A program made the position numbers and the translations under genes. A model generated the notes under the pieces. It saw only the letters and a program-made list of their open reading frames with translations. It made no database searches and was not told where the DNA came from. This document shows, piece after piece, positions 26,131-39,429 of a stretch of DNA of 64,000 nt; within the stretch, counting starts at the first letter, position 1, and every line of letters begins with the position of its first letter. This stretch comes from Octopus bimaculoides (taxonomy: Eukaryota), in NCBI RefSeq assembly GCF_001194135.2, contig NC_069006.1, forward strand, positions 4,574,837 through 4,638,836, given 5' to 3'.

Positions 26131-26132
<2 letters not shown>
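26054..26132. mobile_element. 79-bp Tc1/mariner-type mini-MITE
   Basis: Perfect 20-bp TIRs CAGGGTGTTCAAAAAGTCTC / GAGACTTTTTGAACACCCTG, TA on the left. Confidence 0.75.
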
Positions 26133-26191
<59 letters not shown>

Positions 26192-26703
26192 ATGTGTGTG
26201 TGTCAGGTACCCGACTTCAAATGCAGCTTGATATATTAATTACAGTGGTAATTAATCTCTTTAATAAGTGATAATTATAGTTAGACTGTCTTGTAGTGAG
26301 TCTGATTTCTTCTCTCTCTTTCTGTCTCTCTCTCTCTTTCTGTCTCTCTCTCTTTCTGTCTCTGTCTCTCTCTCTTTCTATTTCTATCTGATTAGACTTC
26401 GGTCAGATCTGGAGAAGGATGGATTTCACATGATCTAAAAGTATCTAAGTGATGCTGTGTGTTGTGATAGCCCCCCCCCCACTAGGAATCTACCCAAAGA
26501 GTTAAGTCCCCACTCAAATGCGAGAATTCTGCATGACGATTTTATATATTCAATAAATAGTTGTAAAAATTAAAAACTTACTAAAATTAATCCTAGTAAT
26601 AGTTCTATATGCATTAGACTGTAACAAGTCTACACACATGTACACACAGCTACACTGGCACACACATACATAAGAATATATGCACATATATATATGCACA
26701 TAT

Positions 26704-27089
26704 GGTGATACTCTGTCTGTTACGAAGAGGAGGGTTGCAATTGATTCGATCAACGGAACAGCCTGCTCATGAAATTAATGTGCAAATGGCTGAGCACTCC
26801 ACAGACATGTGTACCCTGAACATAGGTCTCTGGGAGATTCAGCGTGACACAGAGTGTGACAAGGCTAGCCCTTTGAAAATATAGGTACAACAGAAACAGG
26901 AAGAAAGTATGAGAGAAAGTTGTGGTGAAAGAGTACAGCAGGGTCCACCATTACCCCGCTTGCCGGAGCGTCGTGGAGCTTTTTTGGCGTTTTTGCTCAA
27001 TAAACACTCACAACGCCTGGTTTGGGAATCGAAACCATGATCCCACGAGCACGAGTTCATTGGCCTAACCACTGGGCCATTGCGCTTCC
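26704..27089 (-). mobile_element. tRNA-Arg-like SINE
   Basis: Homologous to 16393-16761. Confidence 0.85.
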
Positions 27090-27207
27090 ACTATATTCAC
27101 ATACACATATGCACACACACACATACATGTATATATTGACCTTATTTATTCACACTCCATACATACATTTCATACGCTATTAGGTTTTCCACCAAAGCAA
27201 CATGTAA

Positions 27208-27245
<38 letters not shown>

Positions 27246-27717
27246 GGACGTATGTGTGTGTATAACAAAGTAATTGGAAATATTTTTAATGTAAAATAAA
27301 TAAATACTGCCACTGTTTCTAAATGTTTCTAGGTTAATTTGAAGAAGGAATATGGATAAATTCTCTGTGATGCTTGGTTTGGTCTGGTTTGTCCTCCATT
27401 GGCTCCAGTGAACTAGAAGCTGTGTTTAGAGTTGTTCTGCTGATTTTCTTGTTTTGGCCTCTTCTATTGTTGTTAAGAAATGTCTACCACATTACACATG
27501 CAGGATACTTATACATACACATAGTTACACAATCACACACACACACACACACACACATTCATTGGGACTCAGTGCAACCCACTGGCTCAGCAGTTCCTGT
27601 TAAAGTGTCCAATCCATGCCAGCATGAAAAAGAGACATTAAATGATGATGATGATGATGATGATATATACATGTATATATATGTGTGTGTGTGTGTGTAG
27701 ATATATACATACATACT

Positions 27718-27771
<54 letters not shown>

Positions 27772-27787
27772 TATGTACATATATATA

Positions 27788-27981
27788 CTTTATTTAAAAG
27801 CAGCAGAAATATAACAAAAGCTGTTACTCAGAGTTTCATGTCCGACAAACGGGAACGTGAAACTCTGAGTAACAGCTTTTGTTATATTTCTGCTGCTTTT
27901 AAATAAAGCATATTACTCTACCTCCGGTATTTGAATACTCTTTTTTCCACCTTGTTGCACATTTATGTGCTTACTCCGGTA
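27788..27981 (+). mobile_element. Putative Penelope-like terminal repeat with inverted partial duplicate and variant hammerhead motif
   Basis: 51-bp perfect inverted repeat (27788-27838 / 27858-27908); same family as 45745-45870 and 46512-46660; motif CCGACAA-ACG GGAA CGT-GAAA-CTCTGAG-TA-ACAG. Confidence 0.6.
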
Positions 27982-28034
27982 TACATATATATATATATAT
28001 GTATATTTATTTATATATATTTGGGTCTCACAGA

Positions 28035-28352
28035 GGTGATGACATGTGACCAAGAACTTTGGTGATACGCTGTGCCTGAGAAGACTCATCAAGTCAAGCG
28101 AAATCGTAATCATAGCCAATGCCGGTGTCACATAACCGGTACCCGTGCTAGTGGCACATAAAAGCAACTGTGCTAGTGGCATGTAAAAATCACCCGTTAC
28201 ACTTCTGGAGTGGTTGGCATTAGGAAGGGCCTTCAGCTGTTGAAACCATGTCAAATCAGGCTGGAACCTGGTGCAGCTCTCCAGTGTTCCAGCTCTGGTC
28301 AGATTGTCTAACTCATGCCAGCATGGAAGACGGATGTTAAATGAGGATGATG
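28035..28352 (+). mobile_element. SINE family C
   Basis: Conserved 3' end and GAT tail. Confidence 0.75.
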
Positions 28353-28475
28353 GCAACTAGTATTTCTTGTGCATACAGTTAGATGTTTGACTGCTACTTG
28401 TGAGTTACCACAATGGTGAAACATATGTAGGGAACAAATGATGTAATCTGCATCTTGTGTTTATCATACTTTTTC

Positions 28476-28521
<46 letters not shown>

Positions 28522-28732
28522 TAATAACACTTTGACTTGGTTCCATATGATTTAACATTTCATGGACAAATAGGATGGACCCATCACATTAGATATTAAG
28601 AGAAGAGTCTTCTGATATCTGAGAAAATGGGTTCATCTTATGTACTCATGAAATTTAAGTCGGACTGTTATTCAAAACATGTAATTTCTACCAAATGTGT
28701 TGAGGACCACTTTCTTTCATTTGTCCACTTAC

Positions 28733-28763
<31 letters not shown>

Positions 28764-29021
28764 ATATTTAACGCAATTGTTGGTTATGGTTGGTCAGGGT
28801 TTTACCATAGGTTTCACACCTATTATGCTCTTAGCAATTATAAAAACAAAAGGGCGAGTCACCTATATCGCTAAGAGCATAATAGGTGTGAAACTAATGG
28901 TAAGTCATTGACTGGCCAGAACCAACCATTAAATATTACTGCTCAAAGGATTTCAGAGATGAGCTTCTTCTCAGACATGAACAATTGACCGATTATATAC
29001 ATATATATATATATATACATA

Positions 29022-29097
<76 letters not shown>

Positions 29098-29404
29098 CAT
29101 GTGTGTGTGTGTGTGTATAAGCAGTATAATTTTCTAAACAACCAAACAAAAGCAGAAATATTATTGAACTAAGAAAAAAAAAAATTTAATTCCAAACCTA
29201 ATTATGCTCCTCTTTTAACCATTTTTAAAAATTAGACTTTTATTCCATGTTTCTTTATTAATCCTATTCATTTCGTTTGGAACAATATATTTCCAAGTCC
29301 GTTAACATTTCAAGAACTTCCTGGTCGTCTCTTCTGAGTGAAATGATTTTCATGCTTCTTGTTGTTGTTGTTGTTACCATTTTATTCTCAACAAGAATTG
29401 TAAG

Positions 29405-29860
29405 GAGGTGGACTGGCAGAATTGGTAGAACATAAAAAAAAATTTTTAGACGCTTTGCAGTGTTTTTGTTCCGATTCTGTACTTTGTGAATTTGAAAACT
29501 GCCAAGGTGAACTTTGCCTTTCATCCATCTGGGTGTTGATAAAATAAAGTACCAGTAAACTACTGGGGTCGATGATATTGACTAACTAATCCCTCCCCTC
29601 AAAAATTGCTGGCCTTGTGCCTAAATCTGAAACTATCATGTCAGGTTTTGAAAAGGTGTTGAGCTGCAGAATCGGTAGAGAGTCAGAAAAAATGCTTTGT
29701 AGTATTTCTTCTGACTCTTTCCATTGTAAGTTCAAAACCCATCAGGGCCAACATTGCTTTCCATCCGTCTCTGGGTGAGAAAATAAAGTACCAGGCAACT
29801 AGTATCAACCAACCACAATCCCTTCAGAATTGTTGGCTTCGTTGCCTCAATCAGATACCA
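29405..29860 (+). mobile_element. Two diverged SINE family A copies
   Basis: Head and core recognisable. Confidence 0.65.
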
Positions 29861-30771
29861 TTAATTAACAAGAATCATGAGAATACTCTCGTTTCTGTTT
29901 CTCATTCATTATTGCTGGACTTAAAACTTTTTTCAGCATTGAGTTGTGATTTCTTCACTAAATAGTTTGGCCGTGCCATTTGCTGTTAGTCTCTTTTGCT
30001 TGAGCGTTCTATCCATTTGTTGAATTTTGCATTAAATTTTGGCATTTAACCTGCATCCATTACAAATCTAGTTTGGATACGGAAACTCTATGTAAGGTGG
30101 CTGTGTTTTTCTATCTAGCTTTGTGTTGTGTTCTATATATATATATGTATGTATGTATTTTGCTTAGCCATTGCAAGACTAATAACCTGGTGTAGAACTC
30201 AATATACATATGGTCCAGAACACAATGTTAGATGAGTATAGGAACAAAGGTTATGTAATGAACTTCATTAGGTTATAGCTGTTTCTGCTATCAGATGTGG
30301 AGGACTCTTAGTTGAGTACCTGGGTAACATCCAATAGCTTCACCAGAGCTTTGAATAATGAATGAAGTTCATTACATAAACTTTGCTTTTTCTAGTGTCA
30401 TCTCTTTATATGTATGTACGTATGGATGTACGTACGTTTGTATGTATAATCATTGTAGCAGAGCATACTTTGAATTTCCCCATCATCCATGTTAAAAGCA
30501 TTCTTCTTACCAACAGGAATTGTACAATTATCTAATGAGAACATACCTTCTAAAATGGCTGAGGAGAAATTCGAAGGAATTCTTTGGTACAATGGTAGAA
30601 CATCTGCTATGTTTACAGATGAAATGAGTTCAAGTCCCTTCCACAAGCAGCCTTCGTCTTTTTCTGCCCAAACAGTTTTTTTTTTTCAAACTTGCTATGA
30701 TTTATAGCTTTATCTACAAGTTCCACTGTAAAAAAATTATTTCACATTGCTCAAAGTTTCTGATTTGTATA

Positions 30772-30821
<50 letters not shown>

Positions 30822-32005
30822 TATATGTGTGTATATATATATGAATGTTTGTATGTACTGTATTGTTATCCATTGTTATGGCTGCTTCTTACTGTAAAAG
30901 CATGGCCACAGCTTAACAAAGCGTGATACTTATATGTTCGATGGAACTTACAATTGCAAAAGCAATGAAGCTTAGAATTCTCCATGCGTGCATATAAATT
31001 TATAATCCTAGTGGACATTTTGAAGTTTCTTCAGCTGCCTCACACTTGTGAATTGTTTTGAAGATGAGGCTAAACGTGTTTGCGTTTTTGTACACTATGA
31101 ATTAGTTCGTGCTTGTGTTTATGTTTTAATGCAGTTATAAAGAAATTTCATCAAAATGAATTGTAACAAATTCATCTGTTCTATAGCCATGATGGCTTTG
31201 GTTTTCTTTAAACAAAAAGCATCCTGGTTGTGAAACTATATAACTATATGCATCCTTGTATGTGATTAGTTTATTTTCATTGAGCATTGTATTATTTTAT
31301 TTTTGCATGCATGCATGCATACATACATACATACATACATACATACATACATACATACATACATACATACATACATACATACATACATACATACATNNNN
31401 NNNNNNTACATACATACATACATACATACATACATGCATGCATGCATGCATGCATGCATGCATGCATGCAAACAAGACAAGTGATATTTTGAAAACATTT
31501 AATACATATGTTTCAGATCATTACATAATATATAATAGAGAATATATCCCTTACACAAGATCTTCCTCAGTTAATATATTTTAAAATATTTTGAAATTTA
31601 TTAACTGAGGAAAGTCTAGCATTAGAAATGTTTTTTCTATTATATATTATGCAATGGTCTGAAATGTACATATTAAATGCTTTCAAAATATTGTTATTTG
31701 GTTTAATTTCAATATTTTAATTGATACGACTTGATGTCAGTACAGACTAGCTTGTCCTGACTCCATTAACATGGATATTCTAATGAGGATTTGGAGTAAT
31801 TTGTTCCATTTGACTGGAGTCAGAAATTCTGATATTGTGCATCGTTTCTAAGCATAACACAAATATATTGTTTTCAATTTATTTCTCTATTGATGCATAA
31901 TTGTACACAAAACATAACCAGACAAAGGAAAACAACTATTTGTGAATAACAAGTTCAAATAACCCTGAAAATTAAGATTTGTCTTGGAAGCTATATATAC
32001 ATGCA

Positions 32006-32053
<48 letters not shown>

Positions 32054-33703
32054 AGCAAGTTGTCTAAAAGTCCATAGGTCTTGTATATCTGTTTATAGAG
32101 TGGGTATATTATCCAAAGTGTTCATCCATCATAGCTGATCTTACCAATTGGTTTCGTGCTAGGGGTACAATGGAGTGTAAGTTAACAATCCAATTGTATA
32201 ACCCTATGCTCATCAGAGGTAGCTGATATGGAATGAAATACGGTGACTATATATACACACATACACACTATTTATTTGTGGATTAACAATGCTATCAATG
32301 CTTTCATGTAGGAAAATTGTGCAGTGTTTAAGCATTCTACTTAAGAATGTTGGTGTAGTCTATCTCCATCTTGGACAAGACTGCAAATAATCCACAAAGG
32401 AAGGATATGTTTATTTATTTACCAACCCAATGCAGTGTTTAGTGCTCCTTCTAACTATCTGCCATTACTGTGTGAGTGTGTATGTATGTGTGTGTATATA
32501 TATATACATAAAAAATTTAGATTCAAAATTGAATGTGGCACTTAAGTTTAGGCACCAGAATATAGTATGGTATTATCCAAACAATTCCAAAAATCAAAAA
32601 AAGCAACACGGATTTTAAAGGTTTTTGCAGTACACACGTTTCATGCTACTCCTTTTATTTAAGTAATGCAAGTTTTGCATTTAATGTAATGCTCACATTA
32701 CTTAAATAAATGGAGTAGCATGAAACGTGTGTACTGCAATAACCTTAAAAATCCGTGTTGCTTATTTTGATTTATATATATNNNNNNNNNNNNNNNNNNN
32801 NNNNNNNNNNNNNNNNNNNNNNNNNNNNNNNNNNNNNNNNNNNNNNNNNNNNNNNNNNNNNNNNNNNNNNNNNNNNNNNNNNNNNNNNNNNNNNNNNNNN
32901 NNNNNNNNNNNNNNNNNNNNNNNNNNNNNNNNNNNNNNNNNNNNNNNNNNNNNNNNNNNNNNNNNNNNNNNNNNNNNNNNNNNNNNNNNNNNNNNNNNNN
33001 NNNNNNNNNNNNNNNNNNNNNNNNNNNNNNNNNNNNNNNNNNNNNNNNNNNNNNNNNNNNNNNNNNNNNNNNNNNNNNNNNNNNNNNNNNNNNNNNNNNN
33101 NNNNNNNNNNNNNNNNNNNNNNNNNNNNNNNNNNNNNNNNNNNNNNNNNNNNNNNNNNNNNNNNNNNNNNNNNNNNNNNNNNNNNNNNNNNNNNNNNNNN
33201 NNNNNNNNNNNNNNNNNNNNNNNNNNNNNNNNNNNNNNNNNNNNNNNNNNNNNNNNNNNNNNNNNNNNNNNNNNNNNNNNNTCCAATAATTCTTATGTAG
33301 AATAAAAAAGATTTAAAAAAAAAAGAAATGAAAAATAACAATAGGGATGATTTCATCTACTCAATAAATAAGACAAGCAAAGTCTTCCTGCATTGATGAA
33401 TCTCACAGTTTATTGTTCCAAAGAAATTTATAAATGACTGAGGAAAGATTTAAAATATTTAATAAAAAATATAAAACTGGAGTCTATTCTTGGTTTTTGC
33501 TTTCAATAATTTGTTGTGTTTGGCGGCGAGCTGGCAGAAATGTTAGCATGCCAGGCAAAATGCTTAGCGGTATTTCGTCTGTCTTTACGTTCTGTGGCTC
33601 TCTCTCCTAAAATTTTGGACCTTGTTCCTAGATTAGAAATGAATAATTTGTTGTATTTAAGACAGGACAATGGTTGAAGTTGATGCAAAAAGTGATGGTT
33701 TAA

Positions 33704-34092
33704 CCCTTCTGATACCATTCTGTCTGAGATCAGCCCTAGTTCTATGATGCAAATCTCCTGTTTTCAAGTGACTTTAATTAAAACCGTCCATCAAAATTTC
33801 ATGTTAATTTATGTTTTAAACACTGGTTTAATAACGACAAAGTTATCTTATTAAATTATTCATTATTTTAAAAATTAATTGAAACAAAGACAGTATATTT
33901 CAATGGAAATATGGTAACAAAAGGGTTAAAGTAATCTAAATTTAAACTGTTCATCAAAATTTCATGTTAGTTTATGTTCCAAACACTGGTTTAATAATCA
34001 CAAAGTTATTTTATTAAATTATTCATTATTTTAAGAATTGATTGAAACAAGAACAGTGTATTTCAACAAAAATATGGTAACAAATGGATTAA
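33704..34092 (+). mobile_element. TTAA-MITE family E with duplicated right-end unit
   Basis: TTAA|CCCTTCTGATACC left end; right ends at 33929 and 34092 (period 163). Confidence 0.75.
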
Positions 34093-34468
34093 TGATTGTC
34101 TCTGTCATGTTTGGAATGTCTTTTGAATTAGAGCAATCTGTCGGTGTTTAGTGGGATATCAGGGTTTGTCATTCTTGGTAAAAGGGGATTCATAATATTA
34201 GGAAAAATCACTGCGAAACAAACAGAAGACTTTGGTGAAATGATTGAGAAATGAGTCTGAGAGAAGCTCAAAGCAACAGACGGAGTCGTGTATGGGTTAG
34301 TAACTTTACTGATTAGCAGGCCAGATGTGCTGCCCTTGTTATAAATATATATATGTGTAAGTAAGTGAGTCTTCTGGAGAGAAAAGTCACGGTTTTGAAG
34401 AGGAGTTACTATCAGCATGCAACATGAAGATGAATATAACATGAGCAATGGTATATATGCATGTGTGT

Positions 34469-34702
34469 GTGTGTGTCAACAGATGAGATCCAGAGATTCC
34501 CGTTATAGAAAACACTTAGCAACACTCAAATGATTTGACTCTGATGTCTTTAAGAATGGCTATGAAAGGAATCCAGGTTTATACAGCCATTCTTTAAGCC
34601 TGCAAAATTGGTCCTTTGTAAAGACATCAGAGTGAAACCATTTGAGTGCTGGTAAGTGTTTTCTATAACGGGAATCTCTGGATCTCATCTGTTGACACAC
34701 AC
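34469..34702. repeat. Foldback element with 50-bp perfect outer arms
   Basis: 34469-34518 is the exact reverse complement of 34653-34702; imperfect pairing continues about 35 bp inward. Confidence 0.85.
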
Positions 34703-34724
34703 TTTCTGGCACTTGTGCCCGCGG

Positions 34725-35023
34725 CATGTGTAAGGACTTTCAAGCGAGATCGTTGCCAGTGCCCCTGGACTGGCTCTTGTGCGGGTGGCACATAAAATAC
34801 ACCATTTTGAGCGTGGTCGTTGCCAGTACCGCCTGACTGGCCTTCGTGCGGGTGACATGTAAAAGCACCCACTACACTCTGAGTGGTTGGCGTTAGGAAG
34901 GGCATCCAGCTGTAGAAACTCGGACAAATCAGATTGGAGCCTGGTGTAGCCATCTGGTTTCACCAGTCCTCAGTCAAATTGTCCAACCCATGCTAGCATG
35001 GAAAGCGGACGTTAAACAACGAT
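34725..35023 (+). mobile_element. SINE family C
   Basis: Close match to 11630-11930. Confidence 0.85.
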
Positions 35024-36174
35024 NNNNNNNNNNNNNNNNNNNNNNNNNNNNNNNNNNNNNNNNNNNNNNNNNNNNNNNNNNNNNNNNNNNNNNNNNNNNN
35101 NNNNNNNNNNNNNNNNNNNNNNNNNNNNNNNNNNNNNNNNNNNNNNNNNNNNNNNNNNNNNNNNNNNNNNNNNNNNNNNNNNNNNNNNNNNNNNNNNNNN
35201 NNNNNNNNNNNNNNNNNNNNNNNNNNNNNNNNNNNNNNNNNNNNNNNNNNNNNNNNNNNNNNNNNNNNNNNNNNNNNNNNNNNNNNNNNNNNNCGAGGGT
35301 ATTCTACTATAGTTCTATACCGATTTGTGCCTTGTGAGAGAATTTGGTAGACGGAAACTGTGAGAAAGCTTGCTGTATGTATTTGTGTTTCTCTCTATCA
35401 CTCTGCTTTACATCCGGTCTTGGTTTGTTCAGCAGTTCTGCAAAAAAGACTAATAGAAAAAGTAAAAAACTTTTAAAAAAAAAAATGTATGGAGGTCAGT
35501 TTGTTTTTCTAAAACTTGTCAAAGAGGTGCCCCGGCATGGCAGCTGTCCAATTGTTGAAATCAGTAAAAGGTTAAAGAAAAAGGATAGAATCAGATAGAC
35601 AATTCCTCTGAATAAAAATGGTTTGACAAAATCTCTGGAAGCCTGTCATCTGTTTTGTGCCTGTTCCAAACAAAAGTCTCAGTCTTGTAATATACTCTGC
35701 CATGGTTCCTTCTACCCAAGAATTTCAGTAAGGGTACAGTAAAGAATCGGCATTGCTATCATACAAGCGATGGGGTTCATTTCCATTCTTCTGCAGAAGC
35801 ACATCTTGTTGAAGGGAAATAAAACCTAGTTTAGAATCAGGTGAGGGTAGGTGACAGTAAGGGTATCCAGTGGTTGAAAATCTGTCTTGAATAATCCTAT
35901 CTCATCCATGTAAACATAGAAATGGGAATGGTAAAATTATGATACATATATGGATGTGTGTATGTGCACATGTGTGTGTGTGTGTGTGAGCCTAAAATGG
36001 TAATACACAGTATACATAATAAATATACAGATAATATATACCTAAAAATGTATGTATGTATGTGCATGTGTGTGTGTATGAATATGTGGTGAGGTGTATG
36101 TATGTGTGTGTTACACCTGTTTGTTTTTCCCCTCACCTGTCTCTTTTGTTTTCTGTACACATGAAACATTCTTT

Positions 36175-36243
<69 letters not shown>

Positions 36244-36297
36244 CATATATATATATATATATGATGCAATTGTGTATATATCTATATCTATATATAT

Positions 36298-36331
<34 letters not shown>

Positions 36332-37513
36332 GATACAATTGTGAGTCACCTGAAGATTGCAGTTGAGAAACTTTGAAGAGTGACTCATGCTGACTCACCT
36401 GTAAATATTAATCCATTCTCACAATCAGCTTTGAGTACTTTTTTATAGCTAATTGCTAGGCACACCTGTGTGAAGACATAGTCATATATTTATATTGTGT
36501 GTGTGTGTGTGTGTGCATGCATATATATATATATATATATATACACATACACACACGTATCAACACAGGTGAAGGTGTGGCTGTGTGGTAAGAAGCCTGC
36601 TTCTCCCAACCACATGTTTCTGGATTTAATCCCACTGTGTGGCACCTTGGGCAAGTGTTTTTTACTATANNNNNNNNNNNNNNNNNNNNNNNNNNNNNNN
36701 NNNNNNNNNNNNNNNNNNNNNNNNNNNNNNNNNNNNNNNNNNNNNNNNNNNNNNNNNNNNNNNNNNNNNNNNNNNNNNNNNNNNNNNNNNNNNNNNNNNN
36801 NNNNNNNNNNNNNNNNNNNNNNNNNNNNNNNNNNNNNNNNNNNNNNNNNNNNNNNNNNNNNNNNNNNNNNNNNNNNNNNNNNNNNNNNNNNNNNNNNNNN
36901 NNNNNNNNNNNNNNNNNNNNNNNNNNNNNNNNNNNNNNNNNNNNNNNNNNNNNNNNNNNNNNNNNNNNNNNNNNNNNNNNNNNNNNNNNNNNNNNNNNNN
37001 NNNNNNNNNNNNNNNNNNNNNNNNNNNNNNNNNNNNNNNNNNNNNNNNNNNNNNNNNNNNNNNNNNNNNNNNNNNNNNNNNNNNNNNNNNNNNNNNNNNN
37101 NNNNNNNNNATATATATATATATATATATTCATTGGGCTGCATGGAGGCAGTGACAGGTGACCGAGACCTTTGGCAATATCCCATGTATTTGTAGACCTG
37201 TCAAACCAGGTGAGATCATAGCCATGGCCGATGCCAGTGCCATGTCAATGGCATCCACACCAGTTGCATGTAAAAATAAGCCACTACACTCTTGGAGTGG
37301 TTGACATCAGGAAGGGCGTCCAGCCATAGGAAACGTGCCAAATCAGATTGGAACCTGGTGAAGCTCTTCAGCTTACCAGTTCCAGTCAAAGCATCCAACC
37401 CATGCCAGTAGGGAAAGCAGACGTTAAATGATGATCTTGATGTATTTGTGCGAGTGTAACTTCCTAGGTGCAATCCCATGGTCAGTCATGACCCAAGGGA
37501 GTCTCAGCATATA

Positions 37514-39391
37514 TCTTATATATGTAAAGCTGAAGTTTTCTGTGCATGTGTGTGGACAATTTTTTACGACCGTAATTATCTTCTGAACCTTTCATCCGAT
37601 TTCGTTGAAATTTTATACAGAGCTTCATCTACCACCCAACAAGGGCCGCATCTACTTATTTTCCCTAAAATCGATATTGGGGTCTGTTGAGCAGTGCGAG
37701 AACTGAGATGAGTTGTACTCACATGTGAGCTTTACTCAATCAGCTGTTAAGTGCATGCAAAGATTGCACGAAAATGCTGCCGTAATTAGGCATGAAAACA
37801 AGATGGTTTTTTTTATTGCTGGGCATAAACGTTTTCTTAAACAAATGTTGAAAAGATTTTTTTTACATTGGTCGTTAACGTTAGGGCGGTCATTTTGTTA
37901 TCTTATATAGTCGACAATTTTTTAGAGGAATAATAATATTAAATGTATCTTTTTTTTTAGTTGATAATAACTTTCCATGGCGCTAAAAAAACGTGCATTA
38001 TTCACCAAAATTATTTGTAGAAAATAATGCAGGGTAGTTCGAACTTGAGTATCAGCTATGAAAAACGAAAGCCTCATCACACTTATTGTATTTCGTTTTT
38101 ATTGGATTCCTGTTTACGAACGTAAGGCGTTGTTTCAGTAAGTAAACCTGTCAATTGTTCGCTCGCCAAGATTTGAGTAAATTAATGGAGTTATTTCCGA
38201 AATGTTTAACCGTCTAAGGTAAGGTCTTAAAGCACTAATCTATATTGGTTCTTTCAACTTATACTTAGGCCGTCCGTTGGAGTCGGAGAGCTTACAAATT
38301 TAATTTCTAGCTATAGTCTTTAATTTTTTGCTTCACATTGTCTTTGTTTTTCAGTGCTTTGGTTTCCGAACACTTTGGGTTCGATTTAAAAACTTTTGTT
38401 CTCATAATTTATGACAACTTGTATTTTCTTTCGTTTGTACAATTTGACACCTGTTCTAGCGATTCTACCTTATGCACTACCGATTGCATGAATTAATTTA
38501 ACAAGTGCATCGATGCGAATCTATCTTAAGATAGTTTTACCTGCAACAATAACAAACTCATCTTGAAGTTGTAAAATTTTTGTTTTCACTCGAATTTATT
38601 TTCACTCTTTGCACTTGAAACAAAAGGTACGTTTCCTTGAGATTATTATTTTGTATATTTCACAACCAACAATTCCTAAACTATTTCTATGTTAAGTTTA
38701 ACATTCGACTTTGCACTATTTATCGTTTTGCTCATGATGTTAATACTTGAAAATATGTCGTTACGTTAACAATATTACAGAAAAGTTCATTTAAAGGGTT
38801 GGTCTCTACATCGAAGACTTTAAAATATTCTGCTTTTGGTCTTTTTGACCACCATCGGTCCCATGATTTTATGACGGAATATTTTGTGAGGTTATATTTT
38901 CATTTTATACCACCCGGTATAAAATGATTCTGTTTCGGTTCTGGTATATAACTTACTGATTAACTTACAACACTCTGTGCCTTTAAAAGGTTATACCACT
39001 AAAAACACTTCAAAATATTTCTTAGAGTTATCCCGATGCGGTTAGGGCAAAACAGCTTCGAGCTAATGAAACCGAGGAGCAGAGGACAACTAGGTTATCC
39101 AGATGAGCTGCCGACAGCGCAAGACTCAATAATTTGCAATCATCACATCGAAACTCAGCAGGAAAACTTGCAGCCCGTGGGGCAAAAAACGCGCAAATTA
39201 CTGCTGCTTCACAATCAAATGAATCTACAGGGGAGCGTGCATTTTGGTTAGCGCTGAATGCGGCCCCGACTGCTGCCCCAAGAGCTACCGAGACACCTGA
39301 CCAGCGCACATCTCGTACGACACGCAGTGTTGCCGCAAGGTTAACGAGCTGATTCAAGAGCAACCGTCGAAAGGACGGTTACTTTAGCTAG
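37514..39391 (+). mobile_element. Non-autonomous Helitron
   Basis: A|TC 5' end (TCTTATATATGTAAAGCTGAAG); 3' hairpin AACCGTC-GAAAG-GACGGTT (39362-39380) followed 7 nt later by CTAG|T; A^T target, no TSD; CpG-richer than its flanks. Confidence 0.85.
39035..39352 (+). pseudogene. STPR-like (23-aa repeat) coding relic inside the Helitron
   Basis: Repeats ETEEQRTTRL, ETQQENLQ (shifted frame), ESTGERAFWL, ETPDQRTSR start at 39068, 39150, 39221 and 39290; last spacing is exactly 69 nt; one in-frame stop. Confidence 0.65.
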
Positions 39392-39397
39392 TATACA

Positions 39398-39429
<32 letters not shown>

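Noticed and set aside
31303-31470. (CATA)n-(CATG)n tract with self-complementary part
   Set aside because: Ordinary compound microsatellite.
37690-39360. CpG-richer stretch first taken for a promoter or first exon
   Set aside because: Explained by a Helitron with both termini.
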